Origin: Yuukianura sp. NJ FZ-2021
Taxonomy: Eukaryota
Length of the DNA stretch: 64,000 bases
Direction of reading: 5' to 3'
Assembly: GCA_046563655.1 (NCBI GenBank)
Contig: CM102283.1
Span: forward strand, 4,030,001 to 4,094,000
Numbering within the stretch: the first letter of the stretch is position 1; each line of letters opens with the position of its first letter. This document shows, piece by piece, positions 37,701-52,700 of the stretch. Below the pieces are notes generated by a model. That model ran no database searches, had not been told where the DNA came from, and saw only the letters and a program-made list of their open reading frames with translations. Made by a program: the position numbers and the translations under genes.

Positions 37701-40700
37701 AAACCACTTGAAGATCCTCAAACTAGACAAAAGTCCCTATTTTTGTAGTCTGTCTCCATAGCGTCAAATTAAAATTGCTATCTTGGCACAATTCCGTTCC
37801 TCAGGATTCAATCAGACCTTAGTTGAAAAATATTTTCAACAACACTGGTTTCAAAAAACCACTTGAAGATCCTCAAACTAGACAAATGTCCCTATTTTTG
37901 TAGTCTGTCTCCATAGCGTCAAATTAAAATTGCTATCTTGGCACAATTCCGTTCCTCAGGATTCAATCAGACCTTAGTTGAAAAATATTTTCAACAACAC
38001 TGGTTTCTCAGACCTTAGTTGAAAAATATTTTCAACAACACTGGTTTCAAAAAACCACTTGAAGATCCTCAAACTAGACAAATGTCCCTATTTTTGTAGT
38101 CTGTCTCCATAGCGTCAAATTAAAATTGCTATCATGGTACAATTCCGTTCCTCAGGATTTAATTTCAGACCTTAGTTGAAAAATATTTTCAACAACACTG
38201 GTTTCGAAAAACCACTTGAAGATCCTCAAACTAGACAAAAGTCCCTATTTTTGTAGTCTGTCTCCATAGCGTCAAATTAAAATTGCTATCTTGGCACAAT
38301 TCCGTTCCTCAGGATTCAATCAGACCTTAGTTGAAAAATATTTTCAACAACACTGGTTTCAAAAAACCACTTGAAGATCCTCAAACTAGACAAATGTCCC
38401 TATTTTTGTAGTCTGTCTCAATAGCGTCAAATTAAAATTGCTATCTTGGCACAATTCCGTTCCTCAGGATTCAATCAGACCTTAGTTGAAAAATATTTTC
38501 AACAACACTGGTTTCGAAAAACCACTTGAAGATCCTCAAACTAGACAAATGTCCCTATTTTTGTTGTCTGTATCCATAGCGTCAATTTAAAATTGCTATC
38601 TTGGCACAATTCCGTTCCTCAGGATTCAATCAGACCTTAGTTGAAAAATATTTTCAACAACACTGGTTTCAAAAAACCACTTGAAGATCCTCAAACTAGA
38701 CAAATGTCCCTATTTTTGTAGTCTGTCTCCATAGCGTCAAATTAAAATTGCTATCATGGTACAATTCCGTTCCTCAGGATTTAATTTCAGACCTTAGTTG
38801 AAAAATATTTTCAACAACACTGGTTTCGAAAAACCACTTGAAGATCCTCAAACTAGACAAAAGTCCCTATTTTTGTAGTCTGTCTCCATAGCGTCAAATT
38901 AAAATTGCTATCTTGGCACAATTCAGTTCCTCAGGATTCAATCAGACCTTAGTTGAAAAATATTTTCAACAACACTGGTTTCAAAAAACCACTTGAAGAT
39001 CCTCAAACTAGACAAATGCCCCTATTTTTGTAGTCTGTCTCCATAGCGTCAAATTAAAATTGCTATCATGGTACAATTCCGTTCCTCAGGATTTAATTTC
39101 AGACCTTAGTTGAAAAATATTTTCAACAACACTGGTTTCGAAAAACCACTTGAAGATCCTCAAACTAGACAAAAGTCCCTATTTTTGTAGTCTGTCTCCA
39201 TAGCGTCAAATTAAAATTGCTATCTTGGCACAATTCCGTTCCTCAGGATTCAATCAGACCTTAGTTGAAAAATATTTTCAACAACACTGGTTTCAAAAAA
39301 CCACTTGAAGATCCTCAAACTAGACAAATGTCCCTATTTTTGTAGTCTGTCTCCATAGCGTCAAATTAAAATTGCTATCATGGTACAATTCCGTTCCTCA
39401 GGATTTAATTTCAGACCTTAGTTGAAAAATATTTTCAACAACACTGGTTTCGAAAAACCACTTGAAGATCCTCAAACTAGACAAAAGTCCCTATTTTTGT
39501 AGTCTGTCTCCATAGCGTCAAATTAAAATTGCTATCTTGGCACAATTCCGTTCCTCAGGATTCAATCAGACCTTAGTTGAAAAATATTTTCAACAACACT
39601 GGTTTCAAAAAACCACTTGAAGATCCTCAAACTAGACAAATGTCCCTATTTTTGTAGTCTGTCTCCATAGCGTCAAATTAAAATTGCTATCATGGTACAA
39701 TTCCGTTCCTCAGGATTTAATTTCAGACCTTAGTTGAAAAATATTTTCAACAACACTGGTTTCGAAAAACCACTTGAAGATCCTCAAACTAGACAAAAGT
39801 CCCTATTTTTGTAGTCTGTCTCCATAGCGTCAAATTAAAATTGCTATCTTGGCACAATTCCGTTCCTCAGGATTCAATCAGACCTTAGTTGAAAAATATT
39901 TTCAACAACACTGGTTTCAAAAAACCACTTGAAGATCCTCAAACTAGACAAATGTCCCTATTTTTGTAGTCTGTCTCCATAGCGTCAAATTAAAATTGCT
40001 ATCTTGGCACAATTCCGTTCCTCAGGATTCAATCAGACCTTAGTTGAAAAATATTTTCAACAACACTGGTTTCGAAAAACCACTTGAAGATCCTCAAACT
40101 AGACAAATGTCCCTATTTTTGTAGTCTGTCTCCATAGCGTCAAATTAAAATTGCTATCTTGGCACAATTCCGTTCCTCAGGATTCAATCAGACCTTAGTT
40201 GAAAAATATTTTCAACAACACTGGTTTCGAAAAACCACTTGAAGATCCTCAAACTAGACAAATGTCCCTATTTTTGTAGTCTGTCTCCATAGCGTCAAAT
40301 TAAAATTGCTATCTTGGCACAATTCCGTTCCTCAGGATTCAATTTCAGACCTTAGTTGAAAAATATTTTCAACAACACTGGTTTCGAAAAACCACTTGAA
40401 GATCCTCAAACTAGACAAATGTCCCTATTTTTGTAGTCTGTCTCCATAGCGTCAAATTAAAATTGCTATCTTGGCACAATTCCGTTCCTCAGGATTCAAT
40501 TTCAGACCTTAGTTGAAAAATATTTTCAACAACACTGGTTTCAAAAAACCACTTGAAGATCCTCAAACTAGACAAATGCCCCTATTTTTGTAGTCTGTCT
40601 CCATAGCGTCAAATTAAAATTGCTATCATGGTACAATTCCGTTCCTCAGGATTTAATTTCAGACCTTAGTTGAAAAATATTTTCAACAACACTGGTTTCG

Positions 40701-43700
40701 AAAAACCACTTGAAGATCCTCAAACTAGACAAATGTCCCTATTTTTGTAGTCTGTCTCCATAGCGTCAAATTAAAATTGCTATCTCGGCACAATTCCGTT
40801 CCTCAGGATTGAATTTCAGACCTTAGTTGAAAAATATTTTCAACAACACTGGTTTCAAAAAACCACTTGAAGATCCTCAAACTAGACAAATGTCCCTATT
40901 TTTGTAGTCTGTCTCCATAGCGTCAAATTAAAATTGCTATCTTGGCACAATTCCGTTCCTCAGGATTCAATTTCAGACCTTAGTTGAAAAATATTTTCAA
41001 CAACACTGGTTTCAAAAAACCACTTGAAGATCCTCAAACTAGACAAATGTCCCTATTTTTGTAGTCTGTCTCCATAGCGTCAAATTAAAATTGCTATCTT
41101 GGCACAATTCCGTTCCTCAGGATTCAATCAGACCTTAGTTGAAAAATATTTTCAACAACACTGGTTTCAAAAAACCACTTGAAGATCCTCAAACTAGACA
41201 AATGTCCCTATTTTTGTAGTCTGTATCCATAGCGTCAAATTAAAATTGCTATCTTGGCACAATTCCGTTCCTCAGGATTCAATCAGACCTTAGTTGAAAA
41301 ATATTTTCAACAACACTGGTTTCAAAAAACCACTTGAAAATCCTCAAACTAGACAAATGTCCCTATTTTTGTAGTCTGTCTCCATAGCGTCAAATTAAAA
41401 TTGCTATCTTGGCACAATTCCGTTCCTCAGGATTCAATCAGACCTTAGTTGAAAAATATTTTCAACAACACTGGTTTCAAAAAACCACTTGAAGATCCTC
41501 AAACTAGACAAATGTCCCTATTTTTGTAGTCTGTCTCCATAGCGTCAAATTAAAATTGCTATCATGGTACAATTCCGTTCCTCAGGATTTAATTTCAGAC
41601 CTTAGTTGAAAAATATTTTCAACAACACTGGTTTCGAAAAACCACTTGAAGATCCTCAAACTAGACAAAAGTCCCTATTTTTGTAGTCTGTCTCCATAGC
41701 GTCAAATTAAAATTGCTATCTTGGCACAATTCAGTTCCTCAGGATTCAATCAGACCTTAGTTGAAAAATATTTTCAACAACACTGGTTTCGAAAAACCAC
41801 TTGAAGATCCTCAAACTAGACAAATGTCCCTATTTTTGTAGTCTGTCTCCATAGCGTCAAATTAAAATTGCTATCTTGGCACAATTCAGTTCCTCAGGAT
41901 TCAATCAGACCTTAGTTGAAAAATATTTTCAACAACACTGGTTTCAAAAAACCACTTGAAGATCCTCAAACTAGACAAATGTCCCTATTTTTGTAGTCTG
42001 TCTCCATAGCGTCAAATTAAAATTGCTATCATGGTACAATTCCGTTCCTCAGGATTGAATTTCAGACCTTAGTTGAAAAATATTTTCAACAACACTGGTT
42101 TCGAAAAACCACTTGAAGATCCTCAAACTAGACAAATGTCCCTATTTTTGTAGTCTGTCTCCATAGCGTCAAATTAAAATTGCTATCATGGTACAATTCC
42201 GTTCCTCAGGATTTAATTTCAGACCTTAGTTGAAAAATATTTTCAACAACACTGGCTTCGAAAAACCACTTGAAGATCCTCAAACTAGACAAAAGTCCCT
42301 ATTTTTGTAGTCTGTCTCCATAGCGTCAAATTAAAATTGCTATCTTGGCACAATTCAGTTCCTCAGGATTCAATCAGACCTTAGTTGAAAAATATTTTCA
42401 ACAACACTGGTTTCGAAAAACCACTTGAAGATCCTCAAACTAGACAAAAGTCCCTATTTTTGTAGTCTGTCTCCATAGCGTCAAATTAAAATTGCTATCT
42501 TGGCACAATTCCGTTCCTCAGGATTCAATCAGACCTTAGTTGAAAAATATTTTCAACAACACTGGTTTCAAAAAACCACTTGAAGATCCTCAAACTAGAC
42601 AAATGCCCCTATTTTTGTAGTCTGTCTCCATAGCGTCAAATTAAAATTGCTATCATGGTACAATTCCGTTCCTCAGGATTTAATTTCAGACCTTAGTTGA
42701 AAAATATTTTCAACAACACTGGTTTCGAAAAACCACTTGAAGATCCTCAAACTAGACAAAAGTCCCTATTTTTGTAGTCTGTCTCTATAGCGTCAAATTA
42801 AAATTGCTATCTTGGCACAATTCCGTTCCTCAGGATTCAATCAGACCTTAGTTGAAAAATATTTTCAACAACACTAGTTTCAAAAAACCACTTGAAGATC
42901 CTCAAACTAGACAAATGTCCCTATTTTTGTAGTCTGTCTCAATAGCGTCAAATTAAAATTACTATCTTGGCACAATTCCGTTCCTCAGGATTCAATCAGA
43001 CCTTAGTTGAAAAATATTTTCAACAACACTGGTTTCAAAAAACCACTTGAAGATCCTCAAACTAGACAAATGTCCCTATTTTTGTAGTCTGTCTCCATAG
43101 CGTCAAATTAAAATTGCTATCTCGGCACAATTCCGTTCCTCAGGATTGAATTTCAGACCTTAGTTGAAAAATATTTTCAACAACACTGGTTTCAAAAAAC
43201 CACTTGAAGATCCTCAAACTAGACAAATGTCCCTATTTTTGTAGTCTGTCTATATAGCGTCAAATTAAAATTGCTATCTTGGCACAATTCCGTTCCTCAG
43301 GATTCAATCAGACGTTAGTTGAAAAATATTTTCAACAACACTGGTTTCAAAAAACCACTTGAAGATCCTCAAACTAGACAAATGTCCCTATTTTTGTTGT
43401 GTGTATCCATAGCGTCAAATTAAAATTGCTATCTTGGCACAATTCCGTTCCTCAGGATTCAATCAGACCTTAGTTGAAAAATATTTTCAACAACACTGGT
43501 TTCAAAAAACCACTTGAAAATCCTCAAACTAGACAAATGTCCCTATTTTTGTAGTCTGTCTCCATAGCGTCAAATTAAAATTGCTATCTTGGCACAATTC
43601 CGTTCCTCAGGATTCAATCAGACCTTAGTTGAAAAATATTTTCAACAACACTGGTTTCAAAAAACCACTTGAAGATCCTCAAACTAGACAAATGTCCCTA

Positions 43701-46700
43701 TTTTTGTAGTCTGTCTCCATAGCGTCAAATTAAAATTGCTATCATGGTACAATTCCGTTCCTCAGGATTTAATTTCAGACCTTAGTTGAAAAATATTTTC
43801 AACAACACTGGTTTCGAAAAACCACTTGAAGATCCTCAAACTAGACAAAAGTCCCTATTTTTGTAGTCTGTCTCCATAGCGTCAAATTAAAATTGCTATC
43901 TTGGCACAATTCAGTTCCTCAGGATTCAATCAGACCTTAGTTGAAAAATATTTTCAACAACACTGGTTTCGAAAAACCACTTGAAGATCCTCAAACTAGA
44001 CAAATGTCCCTATTTTTGTAGTCTGTCTCCATAGCGTCAAATTAAAATTGCTATCTTGGCACAATTCCGTTCCTCAGGATTCAATCAGACGTTAGTTGAA
44101 AAATATTTTCAACAACACTGGTTTCAAAAAACCACTTGAAGATCCTCAAACTAGACAAATGTCCCTATTTTTGTAAAAACCACTTGAAAATCCTCAAACT
44201 AGACAAATGTCCCTATTTTTGTAGTCTGTATCCATAGCGTCAAATTAGAATTGCTATCATGGTACAATTCCGTTCCTCAGGATTGAATTTCAGACCTTAG
44301 TTGAAAAATATTTTCAACAACACTGGTTTCAAAAAACCACTTGAAGATCCTCAAACTAGACAAATGTCCCTATTTTTGTAGTCTGTCTCCATAGCGTCAA
44401 ATTAAAATTGCTATCATGGTACAATTCCGTTCCTCAGGATTTAATTTCAGACCTTAGTTGAAAAATATTTTCAACAACACTGGTTTCGAAAAACCACTTG
44501 AAGATCCTCAAACTAGACAAAAGTCCCTATTTTTGTAGTCTGTCTCCATAGCGTCAAATTAAAATTGCTATCTTGGCACAATTCAGTTCCTCAGGATTCA
44601 ATCAGACCTTAGTTGAAAAATATTTTCAACAACACTGGTTTCGAAAAACCACTTGAAGATCCTCAAACTAGACAAAAGTCCCTATTTTTGTAGTCTGTCT
44701 CCATAGCGTCAAATTAAAATTGCTATCTTGGCACAATTCCGTTCCTCAGGATTCAATCAGACCTTAGTTGAAAAATATTTTCAACAACACTGGTTTCAAA
44801 AAACCACTTGAAGATCCTCAAACTAGACAAATGTCCCTATTTTTGTAGTCTGTCTCCATAGCGTCAAATTAAAATTGCTATCTTGGCACAATTCCGTTCC
44901 TCAGGATTCAATCAGACCTTAGTTGAAAAATATTTTCAACAACACTGGTTTCAACAAACCACTTGAAGATCCTCAAACTAGACAAATGTCCCTATTTTTG
45001 TAGTCTGTCTCCATAGCGTCAAATTAAAATTGCTATCTTGGCACAATTCCGTTCCTCAGGATTCAATCAGACCTTAGTTGAAAAATATTTTCAACAACAC
45101 TGGTTTCGAAAAACCACTTGAAGATCCTCAAACTAGACAAAAGTCCCTATTTTTGTAGTCTGTCTCCATAGCGTCAAATTAAAATTGCTATCTTGGCACA
45201 ATTCCGTTCCTCAGGACTCAATCAGACCTTAGTTGAAAAATATTTTCAACAACACTGGTTTCAAAAAACCACTTGAAGATCCTCAAACTAGACAAATGTC
45301 CCTATTTTTGTAGTCTGTCTCCATAGCGTCAAATTAAAATTGCTATCATGGTACAATTCCGTTCCTCAGGATTTAATTTCAGACCTTAGTTGAAAAATAT
45401 TTTCAACAACACTGGTTTCGAAAAACCACTTGAAGATCCTCAAACTAGACAAAAGTCCCTATTTTTGTAGTCTGTCTCCATAGCGTCAAATTAAAATTGC
45501 TATCTTGGCACAATTCCGTTCCTCAGGATTCAATCAGACCTTAGTTGAAAAATATTTTCAACAACACTGGTTTCAAAAAACCACTTGAAAATCCTCAAAC
45601 TAGACAAATGTCCCTATTTTTGTAGTCTGTCTCCATAGCGTCAAATTAAAATTGCTATCATGGTACAATTCCGTTCCTCAGGATTTAATTTCAGACCTTA
45701 GTTGAAAAATATTTTCAACAACACTGGTTTCGAAAAACCACTTGAAGATCCTCAAACTAGACAAAAGTCCCTATTTTTGTAGTCTGTCTCCATAGCGTCA
45801 AATTAAAATTGCTATCTTGGCACAATTCCGTTCCTCAGGATTCAATCAGACCTTAGTTGAAAAATATTTTCAACAACACTGGTTTCAAAAAACCACTTGA
45901 AGATCCTCAAACTAGACAAATGTCCCTATTTTTGTTGTCTGTATCCATAGCGTCAAATTAGAATTGCTATCATGGTACAATTCCGTTCCTCAGGATTGAA
46001 TTTCAGACCTTAGTTGAAAAATATTTTCAACAACACTGGTTTCGAAAAACCACTTGAAGATCCTCAAACTAGACAAAAGTCCCTATTTTTGTAGTCTGTC
46101 TCCATAGCGTCAAATTAAAATTGCTATCTTGGCACAATTCAGTTCCTCAGGATTCAATCAGACCTTAGTTGAAAAATATTTTCAACAACACTGGTTTCAA
46201 AAAACCACTTGAAGATCCTCAAACTAGACAAATGTCCCTATTTTTGTAGTCTGTCTCCATAGCGTCAAATTAAAATTGCTATCATGGTACAATTCCGTTC
46301 CTCAGGATTGAATTTCAGACCTTAGTTGAAAAATATTTTCAACAACACTGGTTTCGAAAAACCACTTGAAGATCCTCAAACTAGACAAATGTCCCTATTT
46401 TTGTAGTCTGTCTCCATAGCGTCAAATTAAAATTGCTATCATGGTACAATTCCGTTCCTCAGGATTTAATTTCAGACCTTAGTTGAAAAATATTTTCAAC
46501 AACACTGGTTTCGAAAAACCACTTGAAGATCCTCAAACTAGGCAAAAGTCCCTATTTTTGTAGTCTGTCTCCATAGCGTCAAATTATAATTGCTATCTTG
46601 GCACAATTCAGTTCCTCAGGATTCAATCAGACCTTAGTTGAAAAATATTTTCAACAACACTGGTTTCGAAAAACCACTTGAAGATCCTCAAACTAGACAA

Positions 46701-49700
46701 ATGTCCCTATTTTTGTAGTCTGTCTCCATAGCGTCAAATTAAAATTTCTATCTTGGCACAATTCCGTTCCTCAGGATTCAATCAGACCTTAGTTGAAAAA
46801 TATTTTCAACAACACTGGTTTCAAAAAACCACTTGAAGATCCCCAAACTAGACAAATGTCCCTATTTTTGTAGTCTGTCTCCATAGCGTCAAATTAAAAT
46901 TGCTATCATGGTACAATTCCGTTCCTCAGGATTTAATTTCAGACCTTAGTTGAAAAATATTTTCAACAACACTGGTTTCGAAAAACCACTTGAAGATCCT
47001 CAAACTAGACAAAAGTCCCTATTTTTGTAGTCTGTCTCCATAGCGTCAAATTAAAATTGCTATCTTGGCACAATTCCGTTCCTCAGGATTCAATCAGACC
47101 TTAGTTGAAAAATATTTTCAACAACACTGGTTTCAAAAAACCACTTGAAAATCCTCAAACTAGACAAATGTCCCTATTTTTGTAGTCTGTCTCCATAGCG
47201 TCAAATTAAAATTGCTATCTTGGCACAATTCCGTTCCTCAGGACTCAATCAGACCTTAGTTGAAAAATATTTTCAACAACACTGGTTTCAAAAAACCACT
47301 TGAAGATCCTCAAACTAGACAAATGTCCCTATTTTTGTAGTCTGTCTCCATAGCGTCAAATTAAAATTGCTATCATGGTACAATTCCGTTCCTCAGGATT
47401 TAATTTCAGACCTTAGTTGAAAAATATTTTCAACAACACTGGTTTCGAAAAACCACTCGAAGATCCTCAAACTAGGCAGAAGTCCCTATTTTTGTAGTCT
47501 GTCTCCATAGCGTCAAATTATAATTGCTATCTTGGCACAATTCAGTTCCTCAGGATTCAATCAGACCTTAGTTGAAAAATATTTTCAACAACACTGGTTT
47601 CGAAAAACCACTTGAAGATCCTCAAACTAGACAAATGTCCCTATTTTTGTAGTCTGTCTCCATAGCGTCAAATTAAAATTTCTATCTTGGCACAATTCCG
47701 TTCCTCAGGATTCAATCAGACCTTAGTTGAAAAATATTTTCAACAACACTGGTTTCAAAAAACCACTTGAAGATCCCCAAACTAGACAAATGTCCCTATT
47801 TTTGTAGTCTGTCTCCATAGCGTCAAATTAAAATTGCTATCATGGTACAATTCCGTTCCTCAGGATTTAATTTCAGACCTTAGTTGAAAAATATTTTCAA
47901 CAACACTGGTTTCGAAAAACCACTTGAAGATCCTCAAACTAGACAAAAATCCCTATTTTTGTAGTCTGTCTCCATAGCGTCAAATTAAAATTGCTATCTT
48001 GGCACAATTCCGTTCCTCAGGATTCAATCAGACCTTAGTTGAAAAATATTTTCAACAACACTGGTTTCAAAAAACCACTTGAAAATCCTCAAACTAGACA
48101 AATGTCCCTATTTTTGTAGTCTGTCTCCATAGCGTCAAATTAAAATTGCTATCTTGGCACAATTCCGTTCCTCAGGACTCAATCAGACCTTAGTTGAAAA
48201 ATATTTTCAACAACACTGGTTTCAAAAAACCACTTGAAGATCCTCAAACTAGACAAATGTCCCTATTTTTGTAGTCTGTCTCCATAGCGTCAAATTAAAA
48301 TTGCTATCATGGTACAATTCCGTTCCTCAGGATTGAATTTCAGACCTTAGTTGAAAAATATTTTCAACAACACTGGTTTCGAAAAACCACTTGAAGATCC
48401 TCAAACTAGACAAATGTCCCTATTTTTGTAGTCTGTCTCCATAGCGTCAAATTAAAATTGCTATCATGGTACAATTCCGTTCCTCAGGATTTAATTTCAG
48501 ACCTTAGTTGAAAAATATTTTCAACAACACTGGTTTCGAAAAACCACTTGAAGATCCTCAAACTAGGCAAAAGTCCCTATTTTTGTAGTCTGTCTCCATA
48601 GCGTCAAATTATAATTGTTATCTTGGCACAATTCAGTTCCTCAGGATTCAATCAGACCTTAGTTGAAAAATATTTTCAACAACACTGGTTTCGAAAAACC
48701 ACTTGAAGATCCTCAAACTAGACAAATGTCCCTATTTTTGTAGTCTGTCTCCATAGCGTCAAATTAAAATTTCTATCTTGGCACAATTCCGTTCCTCAGG
48801 ATTCAATCAGACGTTAGTTGAAAAATATTTTCAACAACACTGGTTTCAAAAAACCACTTGAAGATCCCCAAACTAGACAAATGTCCCTATTTTTGTAGTC
48901 TGTCTCCATAGCGTCAAATTAAAATTGCTATCATGGTACAATTCCGTTCCTCAGGATTTAATTTCAGACCTTAGTTGAAAAATATTTTCAACAACACTGG
49001 TTTCAAAAAACCACTTGAAAATCCTCAAACTAGACAAATGTCCCTATTTTTGTAGTCTGTCTCCATAGCGTCAAATTAAAATTGCTATCTTGGCACAATT
49101 CCGTTCCTCAGGACTCAATCAGACCTTAGTTGAAAAATATTTTCAACAACACTGGTTTCAAAAAACCACTTGAAGATCCTCAAACTAGACAAATGTCCCT
49201 ATTTTTGTAGTCTGTCTCCATAGCGTCAAATTAAAATTGCTATCATGGTACAATTCCGTTCCTCAGGATTGAATTTCAGACCTTAGTTGAAAAATATTTT
49301 CAACAACACTGGTTTCGAAAAACCACTTGAAGATCCTCAAACTAGACAAATGTCCCTATTTTTGTAGTCTGTCTCCATAGCGTCAAATTAAAATTGCTAT
49401 CATGGTACAATTCCGTTCCTCAGGATTTAATTTCAGACCTTAGTTGAAAAATATTTTCAACAACACTGGTTTCGAAAAACCACTTGAAGATCCTCAAACT
49501 AGGCAAAAGTCCCTATTTTTGTAGTCTGTCTCCATAGCGTCAAATTATAATTGCTATCTTGGCACAATTCCAGTTCCTCAGGATTCAATCAGACCTTAGT
49601 TGAAAAATATTTTCAACAACACTGGTTTCGAAAAACCACTTGAAGATCCTCAAACTAGACAAATGTCCCTATTTTTGTAGTCTGTCTCCATAGCGTCAAA

Positions 49701-52700
49701 TTAAAATTTCTATCTTGGCACAATTCCGTTCCTCAGGATTCAATCAGACCGTTAGTTGAAAAATATTTTCAACAACACTGGTTTCAAAAAACCACTTGAA
49801 GATCCCCAAACTAGACAAATGTCCCTATTTTTGTAGTCTGTCTCCATAGCGTCAAATTAAAATTGCTATCATGGTACAATTCCGTTCCTCAGGATTTAAT
49901 TTCAGACCTTAGTTGAAAAATATTTTCAACAACACTGGTTTCGAAAAACCACTTGAAGATCCTCAAACTAGACAAAAGTCCCTATTTTTGTAGTCTGTCT
50001 CCATAGCGTCAAATTAAAATTGCTATCATGGTACAATTCCGTTCCTCAGGATTTAATTTCAGACCTTAGTTGAAAAATATTTTCAACAACACTGGTTTCG
50101 AAAAACCACTTGAAGATCCTCAAACTAGACAAATGTCCCTATTTTTGTAGTCTGTCTCCATAGCGTCAAATTAAAATTGCTATCTTGGATAATTCCGTTC
50201 CTCAGGATTCAATCAGACCTTAGTTGAAAAATATTTTCAACAACACTGGTTTCAAAAAACCACTTGAAGATCCTCAAACTAGACAAATGTCCCTATTTTT
50301 GTAGTCTGTCTCCATAGCGTCAAATTAAAACTGCTATCTTGGCACAATTCCGTTCCTCAGAATTCAATCAGACCTTAGTTGAAAAATATTTTCAACAACA
50401 CTGGTTTCAAAAAACCACTTGAAGATCCTCAAACTAGACAAAAGTCCCTATTTTTGTAGTCTGTCTCCATAGCGTCAAATTAAAATTGCTATCTTGGCAC
50501 AATTCCGTTCCTCAGGATTCAATCAGACCTTAGTTGAAAAATATTTTCAACAACACTGGTTTCAAAAAACCACTTGAAGATCCTCAAACTAGACAAATGT
50601 CCCTATTTTTGTAGTCTGTCTCCATAGCGTCAAATTAAAATTGCTATCTTGGCACAATTCCGTTCCTCAGGATTCAATCAGACCTTAGTTGAAAAATATT
50701 TTCAACAACACTGGTTTCAAAAAACCACTTGAAGATCCTCAAACTAGACAAAAGTCCCTATTTTTGTAGTCTGTCTCCATAGCGTCAAATTAAAATTGCT
50801 ATCTTGGTACAATTCCGTTCCTCAGGATTGAATTTCAGACCTTAGTTGAAAAATATTTTCAACAACACTGGTTTCAAAAAACCACTTGAAGATCCTCAAA
50901 CTAGACAAACGTCCCTATTTTTGTAGTCTGTCTCCATAGCGTCAAATTAAAATTGCTATCATGGTACAATACCGTTCTTCAGGATTGAATTTCAGACCTT
51001 AGTTGAAAAATATTGTCAACAACACTGGTTTCAAAAAACCACTTGAAGATCCTCAAACTAGACAAATGTTCCTATTTTTGTAGTCTGTTTCCATAGCGTC
51101 AAATTAAAATTGCAATCTTGGCACAATTCCGTTCCTCAGGATTGAATTTCAGACCTTAGTTGAAAAATATTTTCAACAACACTGGTTTCAAAAAACCACT
51201 TGAAGATCCTCAAACTAGACAAATGTCCCTATTTTTGTAGTCTGTCTCAATAGCGTCAAATTAAAATTGCTATCTTGGCACAATTCCGTTCCTCAGGATT
51301 CAATCAGACCTTAGTTGAAAAATATTTTCAACAACACTGGTTTCAAAAAACCACTTGAAGATCCTCAAACTAGACAAATGTCACTATTTTTGTAGTCTGT
51401 CTCCATAGCGTCAAATTAAAATTGCTATCTTGGCACAATTCCGTTCCTCAGGATTCAATCAGACCTTAGTTGAAAAATATTTTCAACAACACTGGTTTCA
51501 AAAAACCACTTGAAGATCCTCAAACTAGACAAAAGTCCCTATTTTTGTAGTCTGTCTCCATAGCGTCAAATTAAAATTGCTAATCTTGGTACAATTCCGT
51601 TCCTCATAATTGAATTTCAGACCTTAGTTGAAAAATATTTTCAACAATACTGGTTTCAAGAAACCACTTGAAGATCCTCAAACTAGGTAAATGTCCCTTT
51701 TTTGTTGTCTGTCTCCAAAGCGTCAAATTAAAATTGCTAATCTTGGTACAATTCCGTTCCTCAGGATTTAATTTCAGACCTTATTGAAAAATATTTTCAA
51801 CAACACTGGTTTCGAAAAACCACTTGAAGATCCTCAAACTAGACAAAAGTCCCTATTTTTGTAGTCTGTCTCCATAGCGTCAAATTAAAATTGCTATCTT
51901 GGCACAATTCAGTTCCTGAGGATTCAATCAGACCTTAGTTGAAAAGTATTTTCAACAACACTGGTTTCAAAAAACCACTTGAAGATCCTCAAACTGGACA
52001 AATGTCCCTATTTTTGTAGTCTGTCTCCATAGCGTCAAATTAAAATTGCTATCTTGGCACAATTCCGTTCCTCAGGATTCAATCAGACCTTAGTTGAAAA
52101 ATATTTTCAACAACACTGGTTTCAAAAAACCACTTGAAGATCCTCAAACTAGACAAATGTCCCTATTTTTGTAGTCTGTCTCCATAGCGTCAAATTAAAA
52201 CTGCTATCTTGGCACAATTCCGTTCCTCAGAATTCAATCAGACCTTAGTTGAAAAATATTTTCAACAACACTGGTTTCAAAAAACCACTTGAAGATCCTC
52301 AAACTAGACAAAAGTCCCTATTTTTGTAGTCTGTCTCCATAGCGTCAAATTAAAATTGCTATCTTGGCACAATTCCGTTCCTCAGGATTCAATCAGACCT
52401 TAGTTGAAAAATATTTTCAACAACACTGGTTTCAAAAAACCACTTGAAGATCCTCAAACTAGACAAATGTCCCTATTTTTGTAGTCTGTCTCCATAGCGT
52501 CAAATTAAAATTGCTATCTTGGCACAATTCCGTTCCTCAGGATTCAATCAGACCTTAGTTGAAAAATATTTTCAACAACACTGGTTTCAAAAAACCACTT
52601 GAAGATCCTCAAACTAGACAAATGTCACTATTTTTGTAGTCTGTCTCCATAGCGTCAAATTAAAATTGCTATCTTGGCACAATTCCGTTCCTCAGGATTC

